Below, in pieces: positions 55,590-64,000 of a stretch of 64,000 bases of DNA. The translations under genes were made by a program, and so were the position numbers. Every line of letters begins with the position of its first letter. The first letter of the stretch is position 1. The stretch is from assembly GCA_965153455.1 (NCBI GenBank), contig OZ234493.1, forward strand, positions 310,001 through 374,000, read 5' to 3'. Origin of the DNA: Sphagnum compactum. Its lineage: Eukaryota. A model generated the notes under the pieces. The model had not been told where the DNA came from and did no database searches. It worked only from the letters and a program-made list of their open reading frames with translations.

Positions 55590-58500
55590 ATGTCGAAGGA
55601 CAAACGGTCTAATCCTCAGGATGGAAGTAGAGATCAGGGAGGCGTGCTGCCAGAAGAAAAGAAGCCGCGCTTGAGTCTCTCAAGGTTTTTCTCCTCTAAC
55701 TCCTGCTGTGAGAAATCAGTTGTAGACTGTAAGTAGTAAGTACCAAGCTTGATCGTAGTCGAGTCCTTGCACGTGCTTGTCTGGAGTTTTTGCTCATATA
55801 TGCGAAACAATTGTAACTCTTTTGATCAATGGTGATGTTGTTGTTCATGCCAGTGTTGTAATGGAAGCTCTGAAGGTGGACAACTTTCCAAAACTCTGGC
55901 CTCTGCTAGAACCCATCTTTCGCAACGTGGTGAGCATCCTGGCGTCATATAACAAACCTGCAATGGTAGTTGCTGTTCGCACTTGAGGATACAGACAGAG
56001 CTGTTAGTGGAGGATCTCTAATGCAGCTAGCAAAGAATACAAGTCTTTTGTGGCTAGCTAGGTCTTGATGTTTTGCAACCTCATAGTTTTGCTTCAGTGC
56101 TGATGTTCTTCAAAAAATAATCTGTAATGGGTATTGCAAGCATCTGATGTCCTTCCCCTTGAATGAGAGGAACACCACAGACACAGAAAAACATCTCACA
56201 AACTTCCCATATTGACATCATTTGCACATTTGAAGCTTACATGTTGAGGTTGTAGTCGTGACACATACAAAGTAGAATGGTCAAGAACACTGCAGAAAAG
56301 CAATGGAGCTTTTCTCGCTTTTCTCTTGAAACAGCTTTTGAGGATGACAAGGACATTGGTGCCGATTCATTCTCTCCTTGTTGAGGAGTATTTTATGGCG
56401 AAATTTTCTCTAAGGAGCTCTTGAATGATTTTTGTTCAATGCAGGTGGGAGAGGAGGTTGAACGGGCACTGCAAAATTTCACTCCTAAAGTGGGCTCTCG
56501 GTGAGTGATTGGCCATTGAAGCCTTTTATCTTCACAATACCTTCATGCTCTGTACTTATTGACCCTTGAAAGCCATGAAAGCTCAGATCATTGTGCAGAT
56601 TTCCAGTTTGTGATGTCACTAGTGCTGCCACAGTTGTTCTCTCATGCTGCTTGACCAAAAAATTGTGGTAATCCATCTCACACAAGGTGTGTGCATTCAT
56701 GCTGCTTCATCCAGGTGTCCAAAACATTTGTGGTAATCCATCTTACACAAGTTGTGTGCACAAGTGAGAGAGAAATGTAACTGAAATACATCTATTTATG
56801 TCATATGCAGGGTCTCCCCTATAAGCAATGAAGGTCCTGATGAACGAAATCTCCGGTTGGAGTTCAAGAGCAAGTTAGCTCTTCCCCTTTTCACAGGGAG
56901 CAAAGTAGAGGCAGAGGGTGGATCTGGAATTCAGGTGGTGCTGGTGGATGCCAACACTGGACAGGTGTTGTCCAAGGGTGAAGAATCCTGTTCCAAGCTC
57001 GATGTTGTGGTACTACAGGGTGACTTTACAGCTGATGATGATGAAAACTGGCCCCAGGCAGACTTTGAGACCTTTGTGGTAAAAGAGCGGGAGGGAAAGA
57101 GGCCTCTCTTGACTGGTGATTTGTCTGTGACCCTGAAGGATGGATTAGGAACTCTCGGTGAGTTCCAATTCACAGATAACTCAAGCTGGATCCGCAGTCG
57201 TAAGTTTCGTCTTGGCATCATGGTTTCTCCAGGCTATTGTGAGGGTGTACGTATACGTGAAGCTAAAACAGACTCTTTCACTGTGAAAGACCATCGGGGT
57301 GAATGTAAGTCTGGTTGACCTTTAAACATCTATATCTGATTTCGTGTGACTTGATCAGGTCATTGTGCAATTCTTAGTGATTCCCATGAATGTGTTGGTT
57401 GATTTCCTAAGAAGAATCTGGTTGTGGATCAGTGTACAAGAAGCACTATCCCCCAACATTAGAAGATGAGGTGTGGCGATTGGAAAAGATTGGCAAGGAT
57501 GGGGCTTTCCACAAGCGCCTCAGTCAAGAAGGCATTGAGACCGTTCAACAGTTTCTATCCCTCCTTGTTATGCATCCACTGAAGTTACGAAATGTAAGTA
57601 AAAAGATCATCTTGTGGATGCAGTTGAGAATTCCTCTCTTCAGTGAGTGTTACAACATTGAATGAGTATATCTTGCTGTTTCTAGTTTCTTCGGCATATG
57701 CTGGTGAATACTCATTGGAATGCAATTTCACCTAAGAAGTTGACAAGAGACCAGTCTTTACTGTGTCCTCTTGCTGTCAAACAGAATCAGTTCACCTTGT
57801 CCTTCATCAAGCTCTTGAGTGTTATGTCAGCAGTTTGAAATTCTGTGATAAGGCTCTAATGTGTGTTTCTATGGCAGGCAATGGGTAATGGGATGTCGAA
57901 CAAAATGTGGGAAGGCACTATAGAGCATGCTATGACATGCCCTCTGAATTCAAAACTCTATGTATATAGACCTGGTGGAAGTCTTGAGGTGATTTTCAAT
58001 GCAATCTCACAGCCTGTTGGTCTTATTGTGAGCAATACATACCAAGCAATTGAGTCACTGGAAGACAATGAAAGGGTAAGAACAGATCTTTCTGCACTGG
58101 TATCAAAGTGGTGCCTTTTTTCCCTCGCTGATCATGAGTTTTTAAATGTGCGGTTTTCTTGTCGGCCTTTCTTTGTTCTAATGGTTGTGCAATGATCAAC
58201 TGGGCAATCCGCCCTTGCATGACAAGTTGAAGTGAGAGAAAGTTTGTTAATTCAGTCTGCATGACAGTTGAGAGTGTGAATTGTGTGTGATTGATAACTT
58301 GCAGGTGTATGTTGAGAAGTTAGTGAAGGTGGCACATGAGAATTGGCTAACAGATATACAGGAATATGATGGGGAGGCACTTATACGGGCAAACCCATCA
58401 TCAAGAGTTGTAAATACACAAGTGGTGGAATCTTCTACTGGAAGCCAAGGTTCAGCAGGCCCTGATGTACAGATACAAAAACTGAGGACTCTGCAGTCAC

Positions 58501-59573
58501 AGCAACAGCAGCAGCCTCTCCTTTCTTCTCATCCTGCAATGTCTGCAGATCATCTATCTTCAACTTTTACAGCAGGATCAACTGGACCTGGTATGTATGT
58601 AATGCCTGTTACCCTGTGCTCTGCATGTCAAAATGTTGGTCTCAGTCTTATAATGAACATCTCATTGTCTGCCTTGTTTGTTTACTATGATTACACTGAG
58701 GAGTAGAGCTATGTCCTTTTCCTGCACTAGTGGCATCCTGCTTAATCAAGGATATTTACCCAGAAGGCTTGATTGGCATATGCTATAACCTCTCTTCTCC
58801 AAGTGAGTCATGGGATGTTCATTACCTATTTGTGTTTTGTGTTCCTTAAGGGGCTCTGATTAAGCTCAATGTAACATAGGATAGAGATAGCATAAATTTC
58901 TCTGACTATCTGAGGGTTTGATCAAATTGCAGGCAATGGAGTGGCAGCACCTCAGCCCTTTGAACCTGAACTGGCAATGCAAGTATCTCAATCTTTTCCC
59001 ACTCAAGCAACCCGGTCTCTGCCAGATCAGCACCAAATGGAATATGAGCCAAGCCAACATGTAACTGTGGCTAGCTCCTCACATCTTGGTCCACCAGAAG
59101 ATAGTCCTGGTCTCCTAACAGGGTTGATTCTGGCTTCCCCTCAAAATGCTTTGATGCCTGCCATGAGTATGATGCTTCCTCCCATGACTCCCAGTTTAAT
59201 GAATTTGTACCCAGAAGCAAATGAGCGGTTGCCATATCAGCACCAAGATAGTAACCCATGGGGTGTCCTCCAGGCCATCAATGATGAGGCAAGAGGTCAA
59301 GGAATCCTTGGTCAAGATGGGTTGGTGCAGTATGATACAGTCTACCCAGATACGGACACCAGTTATGCGAACAATTTTGGAGACTCTTGGCAAGTTGACT
59401 CTACCTATGCATATAACTCTACTCCAGTATGGAATATAGGGGAAGAAAGACCCCGCCGCAACAGTGGCAAGTTTGGGTGGTTGAAGCTCAAGGCAGCACT
59501 CTGGTGGGGTATTTTCAAACCCAGACCCAAACCACCTGCCAAATGCGCATACCTGGAAGAGCTTGAAGACTGA
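55590..59573 (+). CDS. CBP60: Calmodulin-binding protein 60 family transcription factor, 8 coding exons
   Basis: Exons 55590-55684, 55854-55929, 56445-56500, 56811-57304, 57433-57593, 57878-58075, 58305-58590, 58933-59573. Motifs [82 protein letters not shown]-terminal [13 protein letters not shown]. Confidence 0.95.
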
Positions 59574-60289
59574 GGGAATCACCCTTTGGCATCTTTGTCA
59601 CAACGTTCCTCATTTTGTTTTGGTTATGCACAGTTTCTGTCAGGGGTTTGTGCAGTTGCAGGTTTGGAAGCCTTGGACCATTTCTTGGAAGAGAACATGG
59701 AAGAGTGAGCAAAGCAGCTAGGTTTGTGAGTACATTTTTAAACCCTACATCTCTACAATTTCTTGTGTGAGGGGATGACATGTGGGGTGCCACTTGGCAG
59801 TCTCATTTCTGCTCAAGCATTAGACATTCATGGTGGAAGGAGAAAAAAAGGGAGATTATTCTCGGCAAGTGATGTTTATAACTTTTGGTAGGTTAAACTG
59901 AGTGTTCATAGCTGAAGGGTTACATCAAGTTGTGCTTACAAATTTTTCTTTTTCCTTCTCTGAGAGTCCTGAAGAAAACACCGCATCCTGCCTGGTGGGG
60001 AAGGGCGGTGTAATGCAAAAGTATGCCCTGGACAGGCACATTTTTCTTTTCTTTGATACACACACATCTGTGGGTGTTTTATTCAGTTAACTAGAATTGA
60101 ATTCTTTTTTAGGGCCCATGTTTGTAGTCCCGAAAGAACTTTCTGGTGTTCATTCATTATCTGGGTACCTGAACATCCCTGAAAGAACTGAGCTCCAACC
60201 TTTTAGTTGGTTTAGCAATCACTGGGTGCCACATCTATTTATGAAGCAAGGTAGTTTGTCTTGTTTTGTTTCATTTTGTACCTAAGAGA

Positions 60290-60560
60290 TCCACCAAACT
60301 GGGGCGCTTCAGATCATGTTCTTTGTACCTTTGGAAAGCTCTTGACAAGAAGGGGTGCATCAGCTTGGTTTCATGCCATTCAGACTTGCAGTGTAAAAGT
60401 TTTTGAATATTGAATGAATTTTTCACTAAAAATTAAACTGAATCAACACTGAAAATTTCAGAGGAGTTGGGATGTGCCTTTGGTGTTGTTGGAAGGATCT
60501 TGAGGAGCAGGATTTAATGGAATATATTTCCTAAGATTTGGACTTGGATGGGGGAGATTC
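60290..60560. repeat. Dispersed repeat; a diverged inverted copy lies at about 50440-50660
   Basis: By-eye similarity between the reverse complement of 60310-60530 and 50450-50655 (e.g. GGTAC.AAGAACAT, ATGAAA.CAA). Confidence 0.5.
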
Positions 60561-61735
60561 AAATAAATCACTAAAATCACTGTAAGGTAGGCATATGCAT
60601 GGTATTGCCTGAGGCCTCACCCAACTAGTATGATCTTCAATAGCAGTGTTCATACCAGCATTGCATATCCAGATTGTAATCTATACGCTGGTCTGACAAT
60701 GGTTTGTGCTTGCAAAAACCCAGAACCAGGATCAGTTTGATATGAAAGCTTTAAGGGCAAATACTGTGTCTGGGCGGGTAGGTTCAAAAAGTTGATGCCA
60801 AACTAACACTCTCAGAATGACAAGTGTTATCATATGATAATTGCGTATAAGTTGGGCCAGAGTGAATGGAAAGCCACCAGTGCAAGATGAAAGGCTGGAT
60901 GGTGGGTGGACAGGAAACACTTTGCCATTGGGTTCCAATTCCTTAACTCTGCTAGTTAGCTCAGTATTTGTTTTCACTACCTACTTAAACAGCCACTAGC
61001 ATTTCCTATGTACTTGATAATGCAGCTACTTACCTACTATTCAACCAACTCTGGAACTGGAATTTACCTCATGACCATCACTACAATTTTGTCTCCCCTT
61101 TTTCCCCTGATGAAGTTCATGAGAATTATTGAGAGAAGAAAGTACCTGTGATGGAACTGAATGAAGGTTAAGGAATAGTCACTGCCGTTGCCAGGAGCCA
61201 TGGCATCAAGGCTCATTGTCACCAATTGGGAAACTTGAAACCTTACTACCATACTCATTTGACAAGAGTAGCTGTCAAGTTTGTTTAAACTCTACAAGCA
61301 TAGTCATTTCACTTATATCATTTTCACAAAATCCTGATGCCACCAATAAATCTCCCACTGACACTCTGCTTTCCATACATTTTCCGTTCTTTTGCAGCCT
61401 CCCATTCATGTCATCAAATTGACTAAATTTTTTTTCTGAAGACAATTTGAAACTAAAACATATTGCAACAAGGAGCAATATTGGTGACTTTTATCAATAC
61501 TACACTCTGGTTGGACTATTGCCCTTCCAATCTGCAAACCATTTAATGTCGGCAATATTAGCACTTTCTAAATTGGTATCATTCCTTAAATGAGAGATTA
61601 TGGAATACTGTTGAAATTCAGCTCTTTCTTCAAGCTACATTTTTTCTCTAAATCACTGTTGCTTTTGCTTAAGGCAGGGTTGCAACAACAACATACAATT
61701 TTTTGTGACTGAAACTTTAGACCTAAAAACTCAGG

Positions 61736-63602
61736 TTAAACTGCTAATACTACTGCTGCCTGGTCATCATCTGTTATTGCCTTAGACCTCAATAGATGAC
61801 GACTTTTATCCAAGTCTACAGGGCGACTAAGCAAGTTATAATGCTGCCAAGTTGGTTTGATGCCATGGTCTTGTCTCATGGAGGTGAAATACCGGCGGCG
61901 ATCTTCCATAAGTCCCTCATTTCTGCAGGCAAGTAGAACAGCAATGAAGGTGACCCTGTCGGGCTTCACACCTTTGGTGACCATTCTCTCGTACAGAACA
62001 AGAGCCTCCTTACCCTCTTTGTTTTGGGCGTACCCCAAAATCATGGCATTCCAGGTGACCACATCACGGTCAACAATTCTGTCAAACAACTCCCGGGCAG
62101 TTGCAAGTTTCCCACACTTGGTGTACATGTCTACAAGAGCATTTTGAACAAAGGAATAAGTTCCATATCCTGCTTTGACTACCTGAGAATGGATTTCTTT
62201 CCCCTTTTCTAAAGAGGCTATGCTGGCACAAGCATTGAGGGCACTTGTAAACGTCACACTGTCAGGAACGGCATTTTCTCGTTCCATTTGATGGAAGAGT
62301 TCCAGGGCTTTCTCACCTCGCTTCTGCCGAGCATAACCCGATATCATTGCATTCCATGCCACCACATCTCGTTTTGGCATTCGAGCAAAAATCTGATGTG
62401 CCTCCAGCACACTCCCACACTTGCAGTACAAGTTCATGACAGCGGTCCATGAGATTATGTCCTTTTCTGGCATCTTGTCAAATACTTGACGGGCACATGG
62501 AATGCTTCCACATTTTGCATACATGGAAATCAGTGCATTTCCTAACCGTACATCTGACTCAAATCCAGCCTTGGTTATTAGGGCATGGATTTCCTTCCCT
62601 CTTTGCAAAGTTTTGGGGTTTGTGCAAGCACCAAGAACACTCAAAAGTGTGACCTTATCAGGTTTCACACCCTCTTGTTGCATCTTACAAAAGAGTGCAT
62701 ATGCCTCTTCAGTGCACCCTTGGTGAACATACCCTGCAATCATGGCAGTCCAAGAAATAACATCCCGTGAAGGAATCTTAGCAAACAATTGCTGTGCCTC
62801 AGCAAGCTTCCCAAGCTTGCAATAGAGACTAACAAGCGATGTCCAAGAAACAACATCTCGTTCCTCCATTTTGTCAAAAATTTGGAGGGCACTTTTAACA
62901 CACCAGCACCGTGCATACATGCTGACGAGAGCATTTGCAACTGCTGTGTCCCCCTCAAGTCCCGCTTCCAAAATCTGGGAGTGTATCTGCTTTCCTCGAT
63001 CCAAAAATGCAGGGCCCGTACAAGCATTCAAAACATTCAGGAAACAAACTTTGTCAGGTTCCACACCTTCTTTTTGCATTTGCAAGAACAGCTCAAAAGC
63101 TTCATCATAATGACCAAGCTGGATGAGTCCAAAAGTGATTGATGTCCATGTGACTACATCTTTTTCCACCATTTGTTCAAACACTTGACGAGCCTCCGGG
63201 ATGCTCCCACATTTAGCATACATGGTGACTAGGGAGTTTCCCAAATGAACATCAGGTTTGAATCCTGCTCTCATCATGTGAGCATGCACTCGCTTCCCAT
63301 CAGATAAAGCCTTCATCTTCCCACATCCATGTAAAAGTGCACCATAGATTTTGGGGTGTGCATGAATGACTTGTTGGTCGATGATGTCAAGAACCTGTAA
63401 AGCCTCTTTCAATCTTCCTTCCTTGCATAGTGTGCTGATGCCAGAGGCTACTGTATTCTTACTACTGTTAGTTCTCCTGTCCTCCTCGTCAGATCTTTCT
63501 TGCTGGGAATGTATATTTCGTGCAATCACAGAAGTAGCACACCCATTACCAATATCATGTGAAAATAGCTGCCTCCGGTTCCAAATCTGAAGTCCCATCC
63601 AT
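61736..63602 (-). CDS. PLS-class pentatricopeptide repeat protein without E/DYW domains
   Basis: 620-aa ORF of P-L-S triplets (…NSLVTMYAKCGSIPEARQVF…, DVVTWNAMILGYAQ) including SS-type motifs. Ends shortly after HGIKPTWQHY. Acceptor CAG before 63602 suggests an upstream exon may exist. Confidence 0.92.
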
Positions 63603-63877
63603 CTGCATGAACAAGATCACACCCCAACTGCTATTTCACTGACTTGCCACATAACATTTCTGGTATCTGTGCCTTACCAAATTGCATTCAGGTTCTTACA
63701 TAACAAGTATTCCCACAATCTTATTGAAAGACAACACAAAGATGTGATCAACAGCTATTTTTCTTTGCATTAAAACCACATCACCTACCAACTGCATCAA
63801 CCCATCTGTGGGGTTAGTGCTAATAAGATCAGCCTATTGGTTGTTGACTTATACAATGGAGGATGCAGGTGACAGAG

Positions 63878-63900
63878 AAGAGAGAGAGAGAGAGAGAGAG
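63878..63900. repeat. (GA)n microsatellite
   Basis: GA run. Confidence 0.85.
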
Positions 63901-64000
63901 TGGGCAATCTATGAGGGCTGCCAAGAAACATACTGGTAATGGACTGATTTGGCAAATCTGCATTGGGCATAAAAGACATTTGGCTTAGGACTCATTGCCA

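Overview
Eukaryotic land-plant nuclear DNA with spliced GT-AG genes. A bryophyte such as a Sphagnum-type moss is my inference from repeat style and gene content, not something proven here. Left to right: last exon of UVSSA (+); ACT-domain-repeat (ACR) gene (-); an unassigned multi-exon coiled-coil gene (-); a ~9.5 kb nested transposon cluster; RPL11/uL5 (-); a conserved single-pass membrane protein gene (+); Rubisco chaperone RbcX1 (+); a pseudogene fragment and AT-rich repeat region ending in a minisatellite with a Helitron-like end; CBP60 (+); a PLS-class PPR gene without E/DYW (-). The most unusual structure is the nest at 18.2-27.7 kb. A decayed CRE/SLACS-like non-LTR retrotransposon is split by (i) a TIR-like 1.8 kb insert carrying a solo LTR with a 5-bp TSD plus an older partial LTR, and (ii) a Ty3/gypsy element cut inside integrase, lacking a 3' LTR and bracketed by a 38-bp direct repeat instead of a 5-bp TSD. 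I found no convincing wholly new multi-gene system. All family assignments come from motif recognition by eye, without database searches.
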